From assembly GCA_036172245.1 (NCBI GenBank), contig JAYWIR010000003.1, positions 3,100,001 to 3,164,000 of the forward strand: DNA of 64,000 bases. The letters are read 5' to 3'. Positions 24,701 to 36,797 of the stretch are shown in pieces. Below the pieces are notes generated by a model. That model worked only from the letters and a program-made list of their open reading frames with translations, was not told where the DNA came from and ran no database searches. The stretch is from Raillietiella orientalis. Its lineage: Eukaryota. Position numbers and translations under genes: made by a program. The stretch's first letter is position 1; each line of letters starts with the position of its first letter.

Positions 24701-27700
24701 TATATTCTGGTATTTCTATCAAAACTCTTAGGACTTGAGGTAATGCAGGATTGTATTCATTAAATCCTTGCTATGGTCATTTGTTGTTACATAGTAAGTT
24801 GCGTTAACAATGTATATTTTTTTTTTAGTCCTTTTTTGGCATTTTGGAGGCTATTTCTAAAATATGCTGTAGGAGTTTGTTTGCTAAGTAAGCAAAAAAT
24901 GTGTGTATGTGTTATGGTAGCAGGTTGAAGAATACTTTTTGTTTTTAAATGTGTATTATTTGGATCACATTTCCATGTGTGATTTCTTATTTAATTTGAA
25001 GAATTATGTGGAAACATAATATGAAATGTACTTTAATGAGAATTTGTGTAAACAGCAGTTGTTGTTTACACAACTTGTGTTTACTCTCGCAATAAAAGAC
25101 ATTTGTTTGCAAACAACATTTGCTCACATCTATCAACAGCTTGTACGCCTATTTGAGTACGTGTACTTGTTCAGGCTGGATGTATGGATCCCTAAATTAC
25201 AATTTTCTAATTGTTTATTGTTCTTAGTTCCCCTAAACATTTTGATGATGAATGGTTACACAAAATGACATTTGGAACAAATGGAAATCGTCATTTAAAG
25301 GTATATAAATCTGATTACATTTTACTTTCATTAGATGCTAAATTTTTCCAATAAGGTGCGTATTTTGATAACTGTTTATTCTGTTCTTGAATCAAGTCCA
25401 AAGTTTAGCTTCTGAAAAAAAATTCCAGTAATAGCAAAGCTAAAGACTGTAAAGCAAATGACATCATTTAAGTAATTTGGCTACATTCATCTGTTTACAT
25501 CATAGTACTTCGTGTTTTATATTTCTTATTAATTTTTCAGTTCATTTTTACCAGTTAAAAACTTTGAAGGATTTCTTAGGGGTCTGTCAGGTTCAGTGAT
25601 CCCTCTTTGTTCCAGTTGCTTAGCTGCTACTAAAGTTGTTGAATATTGAGCATAGGTATAGCAGGAATGTAGGTAAACAAATCTAAACTTGATAGGCATT
25701 GCACCTGTATTTAAGCAAAAAACAGATACATTGGATGAGTTTTGTTTCAGTCTTTTGTGTATATCTGTAGCATTCAGTTTTTCATATTCACCAAGTTTAT
25801 TATTTTTTCAGTGAGCCAACTTTTATCTTTTAAAGTTTATACTCTTTTTTTGCATATCCTGTGTTCAGTTGCATTACATCATTGAGGTGGCTCTTAACTG
25901 CTCGCTCTGCATAATTTTGTTCTGTTTTTTCGTTTTCGTGAAATAAGATTTTGATTGAATCAGTAATAACTTTTTTTTTAACCTACATGGCATTTTGCTT
26001 TTGTCTCCCGTCCTAAGCTTTCAAGTATAAAGAATATATTTAGCAATAGTCACTTTCAAAGATTCATTTTATTTATAGAAGTTTTTACAACATGTAGGTT
26101 CTTTTTAATGTCCTCATTTTGCAGCAAATTTTTTGGGAAAGAATATGAAAAATTAGATATATTCCTGCCTGATTACAGATGTTTTTCTGTTATTCCAAAT
26201 TGTTTCATGTCCGTAAAAATGTCAAAGGCTGCATGTTTACTCGGGATTCTTGTCATCTTTTACTTATTTTTTTTCACAGCATCATCATGATTTTGAATGT
26301 ATTATGTTTGCTTAATGTGTTTAAGGATGTCTTGTTTCCTAGCTACTTGATCCCTAAATTCAAAGAGCCTGAAGAGTTGGTAATGCATGTATTAATTACA
26401 TCTTTTTATTAATTCATTTTTGACATAGTAAGAAGCTTATTTTACATTTATGTGTCATCTATATTATGTATGTTATCTGCACTTCATTCACTTTATTTTG
26501 TGATTTTTTATTCCTTGGTGTGTCTTTTTATGTTGAAATGTTACTTATGAGCACCACTGATTGTAGCAGTTCTATAAGAGATTACACATGCAAATATTTT
26601 TTAGATTTCTATTTCTTTTTTTCAGAGCGTAATTAAAAATCCCATGTTTATACATGGGATTTTAATTTATTTTGCAAAGTCTTAGAGGATTTTGTGTGAT
26701 GTGTCTGTAAGCAGGTGTCTATTTAGAAAAGTTTTCATTGTGTTTATGTAGGTTCTTTATTTGGAGAAATTGAAACCTGAATTTTCTATTGTTATTCCTG
26801 AATTCTACAGTTTTTTGGGTTCACGTTTTCCATTTTTCGAAACATGAATTTTGAAATTTTTTTCTTTTCATCATAAAATTTCTGGGTTTGTAATGTATCT
26901 CTTAGTTAATTTTTCTGTTTAGCTTCCAATTTTTCGAGTTTAGCAAATACTGTTAAATCATGTTCTTTAGCATTCTATTGCAGCTGATTCAATGGGTGTG
27001 GGAGAAGCACTTTTTCCTTGTTATTTTGTTTGTTTGTTTATTTTGCCTAGTTTTGTTTTTCTGTTGGAATATTATCCAACAGAAAACAAAACTAGCTTCA
27101 AAAATTGCCACACCTCATATGTTAATGTAGCATTGATGTATTGCCCCTCTCCCCACCTCACAAAGCATTTTATTTGTATTTCCTCATTTTTGCCGTTTTT
27201 GGAGAATAATTTCTAAATACATTCGTAATTTAAAAGAATTTGCATTCAAACTTTTCCTTTGCTTCTGATGGTACTTGTAGGCTGCAAGCCCCATTTAAAT
27301 TTTATTTCCTAGTTTTTTGCTTAATATTTGCATTTATTAGGTTTTTATCTTGTTGTAAAGAATTCTATCCACAACAGACAATGCGATTTTAGATCAACAA
27401 TTTGCGGAAAGTGCTCCAAGCTGTAGCTGACTTCTACCAAGATAGTCTTGGAGTTTCCTTATCAGACAGCAGTCTTCCTGATCTGAATCATATAGGTAAA
27501 AAAAATCTAAAGTTCTCTATTTTTATTATCTTAAATTTCTGAAGAATGTCAAGATCCTCAGCACACTGCAAAGTTGTTGCAACTTGTTTTGGGTTGTGCT
27601 CTGAACTGTGAAAAGAAACAAGGTAGGAGCAGTTTTATATTGAAATGTATCATTTAGAATAGAATTTATACAAAAAATAATGCTAATGAGGGAAGAAATA

Positions 27701-30285
27701 CAGGAATCTTTGATGACTGCCATCAAACAACTGATGGCTCGTGAACTAGTACCTGTAGAGATGGAACCAGATGATCAGTACCAAATCAAACCATTGCTTG
27801 AAGAAATTCATCAGCTGCGTGAAAAAAATCTGAAAGATGAAAAGTGTTGTGAAGAACTTAAACTGCAAGTGAGCAGCAATGTGCATCATTAGTAGTATAA
27901 GCTGCTAATATAAACTTGCAGATTTTACATTTACAAGAAGAAAAGCTTTCATTAATTGCAGAAAGGGAACAGTTTGCAAAAAAACTGCAACTGGAACTAA
28001 TAAATAACAAAGAATATCACCATAAAGTGGAGCTAGGGGTTTTAAGAGATGAATTAGACAGATTAGAATCCAGTAAGCAAACTACTTTTCTGGCCAATGT
28101 TCACTGTTCATTTTCGTTGAATGACTCTTATCTTGAATTGGGGATATTCAGTATTCAATTAATTTTACATTGGTCTACAGTTTTCAATTCATTTGCCTTC
28201 CTTCTGAAATTCTTTTGATATTTTGCTCTTTACTTTTACTTTGCTGTTGTATGGTGTTTATGTGTTTTGTTTTGCATTGTTGATTTTTTTCTCTAGATAA
28301 CGAGGACTTACAAGCATTAGTTCACTGTCTTGAGAAAGAAAAAGCTGAATTGATGACAAGATTAGATGCTATGCAAACAGCTACTGAAGGCATACGTCAA
28401 ATGCAGGATGAATTAGATATCCTTCGAGAGAGTCAAGTGCGTTTTAAATGTAACAAGTTACCAGCATCAATATTATTTAGGCCAGGTTCCAAAATCAGGA
28501 AGCTGTACTTTCACAGTGTAAACGGAAACTTGAAGAATTTAGTACAGTGAAGTGCCAGTTACGTCTGTTGGAGGAAAAAAATATGGAATATTTGCAGCGT
28601 AATCTAGTCTTAGAAGAGGTAAAATGCATGTTTTTAATAATCAGGATGCTGGTCTTTATAGCAACAAAAGCGACATAACAATAGCAAGCTTGAATTGGAA
28701 ATGCTGCAGGAACAAGTAAATACTGCAAAGCACCAGTTGCAAGAACAGACTGTTCGTATGCAGCAGTTGGACATGCAAATGTCTAGCATGGAAGAAGAAC
28801 TACAGACAGTAAAACGAGAAAAAGAGGTGAGACCAAATATGTGAAAACAGTTAACAGATAGCTGCTAGTGTTTAATTCGAGAACGGGATGCCTTGCAAGA
28901 AAATTTAGATGAGATGCGTTGTGCTCATGGTCATTCTGCTACTGCTAATCCATACTCTATTCTCTCAAATGAATCTCTAGACATTGTATCACCTGCTCTC
29001 AGGTAGAGATTAGTGTAGCGATTTCTCAAAGCTATTATGTGCTTCAGAGAACGATTACTACGTTTAGAACACGAAAATAGACAGTTAAAAGCATTGATAC
29101 CAAATACTGCAACAGAGAACCAGGAATCGGCACTTGGAAGGTGTGCAAATTATTCGTGTTTTCCTGTTTCATCTATACAGTGCCCTTGTTCCACATCTGC
29201 ACATGCGTACACCTTTGATTCAGACTTGTTATCTCATAATGCATTTGCACATGTTTCTCAAACTTTGGTATCATCCCCAAAGTGGTCTACTTTAGCTGCA
29301 GAAAAATTTTATATTGATTCCGTTTCATTACCTTGTCAGATTTTTTTTCCCTGTTATTTAAGGGGAAATGCTATTCCCAGCTATATTAAGTTTAATACAG
29401 AGACTACAGAGCTAAACTCTGCCACCGCGTCTTCCAGTAATTATTTGGAAGTTTCACTTGGAAGCAGTATGAAACTGAAGGAAGTACCTGCTTCCTGTGA
29501 TCCATATTCCTCTACATTTGCCTCAGCTTATAACTGTCTGAACTTAAAAAAAAAAAGAACTGTGTTTACTGTTCTGATCTGTGATGTACTCTGCAGTCTG
29601 TTTGCACCCTGATATGTGTAAAAACATTTATGAAATAAATAAGTGTACTTTGACAAGACTTTGTAACTATAAGATTGTATGTATGATTCTATTTGCATTG
29701 GCAGGAAGATGGAAGTTGCAGAAAAGTGTCCAGCATCCACTGAAGAAGAAAAGGGTATGCCTTACAGAATGCGGCGCTTAAAGTCTTCTTCCTCCTACAG
29801 ATGCTCGTATCCGATACTTAGAACAGCAGCTCCAGGAAAAGGACAAGATGTATCGAAATTATTTGGAGAAAGCTAAGTCAGTCTTGAATGGCATGGGACC
29901 AAGAAATCCACAAGAATCAAAGGAAGAAATTACGATTTTGAAAACTCAGCTCCAAGAAAAAGAGCAAAAGATTCAAAGTTTAGAGGTATAGAGATGGTGT
30001 TGATAAGGTGGCTGATGTAAAACATTTTAGAGGGAACGTCTAAGGAATCATACCATCAAGGATGTAGAAAGCAAGTTGTTGACAACCAGTTTAAACAATC
30101 AGGTAAATATGTTGCAACTCTGCAACACAAATAACACAATTGTAGACTCCAGTCACTGAATTCAATTCAGAAACATCTACATTTTTGAATCAGCAGAGGC
30201 AGATGGCACAACGCAAACATGTGAAGTACGTACAGTTTTGTTTTCCGATGACAAAATTTCTCTCAGTAAAAATAGTGGCTATTAA
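21771..30285 (+). CDS. HOOK: Hook family dynein adaptor (Hook domain + coiled coil)
   Basis: About 17 exons: 21771-21824 (MENANEDYSQLCQSLLEW), 21984-22069 (VADISDGIALAEALKEI), 25228-25300 (PKHFDDEWL), 27393-27495 (NNLRKVLQAVADFY..LPDLNHI), 27545-27622 (LLQLVLGCALNCEKKQ), ... RERLLRLEHENRQLK, YRNYLEKAKSV, FLNQQRQ. Last exon 30267-30285 follows a 41-nt intron; the 3' end is slightly uncertain. Confidence 0.9.
24512..24572. repeat. 24-bp inverted repeat (hairpin) in HOOK intron 2
   Basis: Arms cttcttagcatacctttttattta (24512-24535) and taaataaaaaggtacgctaagaag (24549-24572), one mismatch, 13-nt loop. Confidence 0.85.
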
Positions 30286-30305
30286 GAGAGAAGAATATCA
30301 GACAG

Positions 30306-31959
30306 TCATTTATTCTTCTTTGTTGTTTGAGAATTCTTAAGAGGAGGACCAAGATCTTGGATACGGCTCTTTGGTATTTGATATTCCTCACACAATATTT
30401 TTGAGATGAAGTGTCTTTGGTCACCTTGCACAAAGATGGCAGCCTTATTGTCACCTTTTGTAAAAGTTTCTCCTGCACTTACAGAAATTGTTCTTTGTAT
30501 GTGCCTGGCTACAACGTCTTGACTAAGACCAAAATCAAGCAGTCCTGTAACTAAAGTGACCTGGACCCCAGCTGTTGGACTGATTGATTTCCTACATACA
30601 ATTTTGTTGCTAGCACGTTTTTGAATCATCAGCTTGATGGATGGTGGTGGTCCCTTTTGTATTTTACTGTTCACTCCCTGAACTTTCAGCTGGAATGCAG
30701 TGCCCATCTGTGAAAAAAACTGCAAAAACAAATCTTTCCAGGAGATTTTGTCAGCACTAGTCTGTAAACAGTCGCACAGTATATGATTTAACTTCACCAT
30801 TCTAAAGAAGAGTTAGTGACAAAATGCATCATTGAATTCTTCCTTACTGTGTCTCATTAGTGTCTTGTAGATTGTTTTCTTTCACATACTGAGTTACCAT
30901 CTGCCTTACTTGAGCTGCAGTAAGTGTTTGTCCTTTTCTAAGCACAACTGCAGCTTAGTCATTCACAATCTTCAACTCACTTTATGTGGAACACGGTGAA
31001 GAAAGGTAGTACTCTTGCATTAACTGCATATAATTCCACGATGTCTCGCCGTAAATCTGAAGGGGATTCCTTTCCAGTCTGTGCAACAGCTGTAACAGCT
31101 TCTTGAACATGTTTGTGTTTTTTGTTTATCCAGGTGATATTATCTACTCCTTTTTGCACCTGTTCCATCTTGATATAATTTTCCTGTATCATCTTTTGTA
31201 AAAAAACTGAAAATTTTTTGTACGAAGTTGCACGCAGATTAAGAGGCTCTGGTAATTCCCACAAAGGAATGATATGATTTTTAAAGAAAGTACTTGATAA
31301 TATGGGTAGTTTCTGATCAAACATATGTAATGCTTTTAAGAAACACTTAAACAGGAAATCATCCATTTGTTTTTGCTTGTTATCTAATGAGGATTCCTCT
31401 GGGGGAACCTGCTTATTAAGCACAAAAGGCTCCACATCTTGTGGGTACCACTTATTGCCTAAAGCCCATATGGAATCCCCAATCAAATGCAATAGTTTCA
31501 CAATGGTATCAGAAAAGAAGTAAGCAACTCCAATTGGAGAATGATCTGACTCTGCCAGAACGCATATCTGTTCTTCTGTACGATTTTTTGCAAGAGTATT
31601 CATGATTTCTTTGTCTAAAGATTTTCTCTCCCATATGGAGCTGATATACATGTGCTCAAGTGTGCAAATTTGCCAAATATGTGGCTGTTCCCAAATAGTA
31701 TACAGTGTTGGAAACAATACATTTTCTTGCTTACAAAACAGAGGTATTTCATGTAAAATATATACCAATAAAACTTCATCATCAATACTTTTATCTTGAA
31801 ATACATTAATTTCATTGTCTGACCAGTCAAAATTATATGCAGGAAAACGTTCTTGAACTTCCTGTCTAAGAAATTCACTGTGGAAACACTTAGGATTAGG
31901 TTTTTCCCTTACAGAACTTACCATTCTGCAGGACTCAAAACTTTTGCAGAAAAAGGCAT
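30306..31959 (-). CDS. EIF2D: eIF2D / ligatin (degenerate PUA, winged helix/SWIB, SUI1)
   Basis: Exons 31959-31922, 31877-30981, 30937-30848, 30801-30600, 30560-30306. Motifs LFPTLYTIW, LPILSSTFFKNHI, LNLRATSYKKFSVFLQKM, KRASNKI|VTLVTGLLDFGL...VQGDQRHFISKILCEEYQIPK. The start codon is inferred from a 44-nt first intron. Confidence 0.88.
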
Positions 31960-34938
31960 GACAACTGAATGAGCAATTTGCCAATACTTTTTGATCTTCA
32001 AACTACTTTGGTTTCAAAGTTCCTAAAATTTAACAAGCTAAACTTTAAATGAAATCCATCAGTGCATCTAATGCATGTTTTGCAATGATAATTTTGGACA
32101 AATTCTAGATATAGGTAAAATTCTCAAGTTGTTTTCAGTTGAAATAAGCAATAGTTTATCTGGAATTTGGATATGCAAACTCATACTGTTATGCAACTCA
32201 AATAATCTGTTTGCATAGTAACATGAGTTATGCAAACATTCCAATTCTTATTTGGAGAAGGGCTGTTCATGAATAACTTGAATTTATGTTTACCAAATTG
32301 AAAGTAAGTTGCAATCACTTGATGCTATCAAGCCAAATGCAAGTAAAATATAACGAAACGCTTATTATGATCAGGAAAATAAGCCTTAACAACCAGTTTC
32401 CAGCTCAGCTCTCATGCACTACGTTGTTAGAATCAATAGGGGTTAACTATGTATTGAACGAAGGAACTGGACAAAAAAGTTGCCGGTATTCACAGATTTG
32501 CATTTTCACTTACAAACAGTCATACAAAAATGTTGGGCTTTGCCCCTAAGGTGGCACACACACTTGAAATTCACATAATAAGTCAACAAGTGGAACAACC
32601 CTCGGAGGTTAATGAGAAAACAACACATAAATGATTGCCATTTCCAAAAATATGTCTTAAACTATCTTTTGGGTTCCACATGCACACTTCCGCACCTTCT
32701 AAAGACTTGTGCACACTTGATGCCTGAAGGATGACACCTCAGCAGTTTTCCTAAATCTCTGGCCAAGCATGAATAAAGTAAACGTTTAGGCTCAAAATTA
32801 TCAAGCAGATTGATGCATTACGAATAACGATATATATAGATATACAAGTTCAGCAACCATTTTTCTGAGAGAAACACTCAGGACCTCAAGAGGACCGAAC
32901 AGGCGGCAGTATCCTTTAAAGTAGTCTCACATGAACAACCACATTGTCAAAACCAAGAACAAAGCAGGACTCATCAAACAGACACACTATGCTGCGAGTA
33001 AAGACACGAGAGAGCTGGTCGACGGTAACGCAATGTTGGTTGAGAACCAACGCAGGAATATTTTCAAATCATTATCAACGAAATGCTGAGCTTTTAATGA
33101 GATAACCTTTTAAAAGTCTTTTGACCTTAAAGTGCTTAGATCTTCAACAGCAAGATTGCCGCAGGGGGACTAATACTGACTGACACATTACTTCAGATTG
33201 TACACTTGTGGACCGATTTTTTGCAATCGCTTATTTCAATCAAAAATAAATGAACACCAGTGTTACCGTTATAAAAAACACTCGTAACTGATTCAATAGT
33301 ATTGTTTTCGCACAGCACACAACAAATCTGTGGAGATTATCTTTAGGATAGTAGACAGCCACTACTTTCTACAACATCTTTCTATTGAAGAATTTCATCA
33401 GTTCTTTATATCCGAAGATAATTCAAATCAGAGACAGTTCTTTCTCATGTATTCCACAATTTGAATTCAGAAATGTATTTCCACTTTTATCCCAAGACTT
33501 TATGCTTTTCAGCGTTTTTCTAACCAGATTATCTGACAATTCGTTATGCAGTTTTCGATTATTAGCTATAAACCTTGAACTTTTCGATGAGTAATGTATT
33601 CAAATTTAGTGAACGATCCAATCATACTGTTCACAATTCAAGCTTTTCTTTCTAGTTTTTCCCTATATTATTCAATTGAAGTACCTTAATCACAATAAAA
33701 ATCCAGAAATAAATTTAAAAAAGACTCCAACTCATTGAGAAATTTTCATTTTTGCACAAATATATCTAATCCCTTGTCTACCGATTTACTGCTTGCAAAA
33801 TTCATGGAACTATCCGAATGAGTGGGTTAGAATAATTTTCTTTAGCATAGGAAAGACAAGGCTTTCTCGTAATGGCAACCAATTTCCATCATTGGGTACA
33901 CTATTTAATCGAATCTCTAAGGAAGGATAAGGATCAGGATATGAATATTAAACACTCATTAATCTCTACGTTCAATAAAATTTCCCACTGGTGAAAAGTA
34001 GAATTTTTCCTCCAAGGTAAATACAGTGAAAACAGGAAGCCCAAACAGACATAACATTAGAGATTATGATGGCTTTTTCCAATGATCTAAATATTTCCGA
34101 TGAGCTATGATATGAGTTTTCCAAGAACTATACTCACTTCCGAAGTGAACTCTTCGTTCTGGATATAGGATTCTTGTTCTTATATCTAAAACTGAGATCA
34201 TACAAATCTGTACCTCTGATTTATTTATTATTTTGCAAATCTCTTTTAACTGGACAGATATTTACTTCCACTGGTTTTTGCTTAATGATGCTTACAGGTT
34301 ATCAAATTAAAGTGAGTGTTCTAAACTCCTAGAGATTATGCGCTGTTCCCATCATTAGAATTAGTTATTTACTTTATTTCTCAAATTCTTTTCTTTCATT
34401 TATTTTTTCTTTAATATATTTGCAGTGGCTGAGTTTTTTTTTTAAAAAAAACTATGCATTTTTGTTATACTTTTAAAGCACCAATAAACAGGAAAACCAT
34501 TAACCAGTATAAGATTTTGTGAAGCAGCCACTTCAGTTTTTCCGGAATATATTCGATCCAATTCGTTCTTCACTGCATGTCGAATGTTGGGTTCATTATT
34601 CTCGTTTCATATTTGATTTGAGTCAACACTCGATTTACGTTTTTGATCTTGCGTGTTTATTCGCCCTAAGCACTTCATCATGCGTTAATTTAATATAACG
34701 ATTCTTATGTACATGTTCTGGAAATTGTTGTGTTTAGTATAGAACTTTGTTTTTGCAGAGCGTAGCCCTGAATTTGACTTATCTGCATTACATGAACAGT
34801 ACTCTCAATTCAAACAACCTGAACCTGCTAACGTCAGAAAAACAATCAGAAATGCTATATAAAAATGGTATTCCTGTGTGATTTGTAAACATACAGTTAT
34901 AAATGGATGCCATCAGGTTTGCATAAACAAACACAACC

Positions 34939-36147
34939 ATGTTTATTTGTATTGTGACATACATCATATGTAGCGTCGCATATGTTTACTTGTGCATTCT
35001 AAATTTTATTAAATTCGCGTATGCGAAAGTGAAATTATTGAACAGAGAAAACAGCTTGAAAGGAAAGGTAATTGAAAAGATCAACTACAAGAAACGGATG
35101 TATTGCATGGAATCTTTGTATTCAATTTATTTATAAAAATTTAAATCAGGTTGTTCTAATTACTGATGCAAGCTCAAAATTGGGAGATGCTCTAGCACAC
35201 ATCTTATATCAGAAAGGTTGCAAGCTGATTCTTGCAGCTCCAGAAAAAGCAGAACTGGAAAGAATAAAAAATGATGTCATGTTAAAATATATGGTGAATC
35301 TATGAACGGCCACCATGTTTTGTTTCTAATGGAAATTGTGTATTTATTAGACAAATCCAGCTTACCCTCCTATTTGTATGGCACTAGATCTCATGGATGT
35401 GAATTCATCAGCTGCAAAAGCTCAAGAGGCATGGAATTTCTACAATACTATCGATGTTTTGATCAATAATACTGGTATTGGATTTCGGGGAAGCGTGTTG
35501 GCAACCAATGTGGATGTCGATATACACATGATGACTGTCAACTATTTTGCCCCTGTTGCACTTACTAAAGGTTTGTAATCTTAAATGCTTTGTTTTCCAC
35601 AACATACATACCCAGCTATTCTTCCATTTATGACTAATCAACAAAGTGGTCATATTGTTGTCATAAATAGTGTACAAGGCAAACTTGCAATTCCTTTCAG
35701 GTAGTATATATATTCCAATATGTAATTCTTTTTTAAGATCTGCGTATGCTGCACCTAAGCATGCAATTCAGGCCTTCTTTGAGTGCTTACAGGCAGAAGT
35801 ATATAAGATGGGTATCAAAGTAAGCATAATATGCTTTGGAAGTCTAGAAAGTAATAAATCAGAAAACACCATGAGAGGATCAGAAAGTATATTTGGTGGT
35901 AACTAAGTACAGTCAGTTCAGCTGATTTTTTTTCATTGCAGATCTAAGTATTGCAAAAGGAATTCTTCCATCTCGAGCAGCAGCTGCAACAGTGGATGCT
36001 ATTGTCAATGGACATCAACATGTTCTCCTTGCTCCAATATTTCCTCGTCTTATTGTATGTCTGCAAGCCATCTGCCCTTCTTTGTATGCATGGCTCATGC
36101 AAAAAATGGCAAATAGCAGCCAGTGTGTGCTGCATGCTGAGTGTTAA
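34939..36147 (+). CDS. DHRS7B: Short-chain dehydrogenase/reductase, DHRS7B-like, with an N-terminal membrane anchor
   Basis: Exons from 34939-35067 and 35150 onward give LKGK|[82 protein letters not shown]. TAA at 36145-36147. Confidence 0.85.
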
Positions 36148-36212
36148 ATAAATGGCAAACACTCATGATTAGTATTGGTTCAGGTCATTTTCATGTTCAG
36201 TATTAGTTCAGG

Positions 36213-36797
36213 TCACTTGCACATGACTTTAGAGATTCGAATGTAATGATATAGCTTAAATAGTAGAGCCAACAAGGTGGAACTGCAATGCAGCATTTTA
36301 CGACGAGTATCATCTTTACGGACTAATATTACAGGAGAGTCTGATGTTAAATCTTCCAAAGGTAAACTCTTGAGCTCATTCACATCATTAGTCAGCTGAT
36401 ACTTGCAGCATGGATCAAACTGCCAGGAAATCATGTACAAACTTGTGCACAACATGGATGTTATGCACATGACAGAAGATAACCCAAAAATTTTTTCACT
36501 GCTTTGCATTCCTAGTGATACATTTCCAGTTTCCAAGATTAATACTAAGCAATTTTTCAACAAAACCCATTTACCTATGATAATAGCACTTATTCCGGAG
36601 AGTACGGCAACTTTGTGCAAACCATTTCCCATTGAAATCCAGCGTGTAGTCTCATTTCCGAGACCAGTTTCTTCGATTATTATTGTTTTGCAGCCTACCT
36701 TCATGGCCAGTTCCAGTTGCAGTGCGCATCCGTTTTTGCTCTTGTCGTCATCATCGTTGTGGCACCTTATTATAACGTATCTAGAAAAGTGAGACAT
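36213..36797 (-). CDS. TMEM11: Mitochondrial membrane protein TMEM11 / PMI
   Basis: IIIEETGLGNETTRWISMGNGLHKVAVLSG, LYMISWQFDPCCKYQ and SPVILVRKDDTRRKMLH are TMEM11 signatures. One 63-nt in-frame intron at 36574-36512. Confidence 0.92.
   Translation of the reverse strand: MSHFSRYVIIRCHNDDDDKSKNGCALQLELAMKVGCKTIIIEETGLGNETTRWISMGNGLHKVAVLSGISAIIIGKWVLLKNCLVLILETGNVSLGMQSSEKIFGLSSVMCITSMLCTSLYMISWQFDPCCKYQLTNDVNELKSLPLEDLTSDSPVILVRKDDTRRKMLHCSSTLLALLFKLYHYIRISKVMCK

Noticed and set aside
33350..34300. Purine-rich minus-strand stretch resembling a decayed ORF
   Set aside because: Many stops and no diagnostic motif; possibly an old transposon but not supportable.
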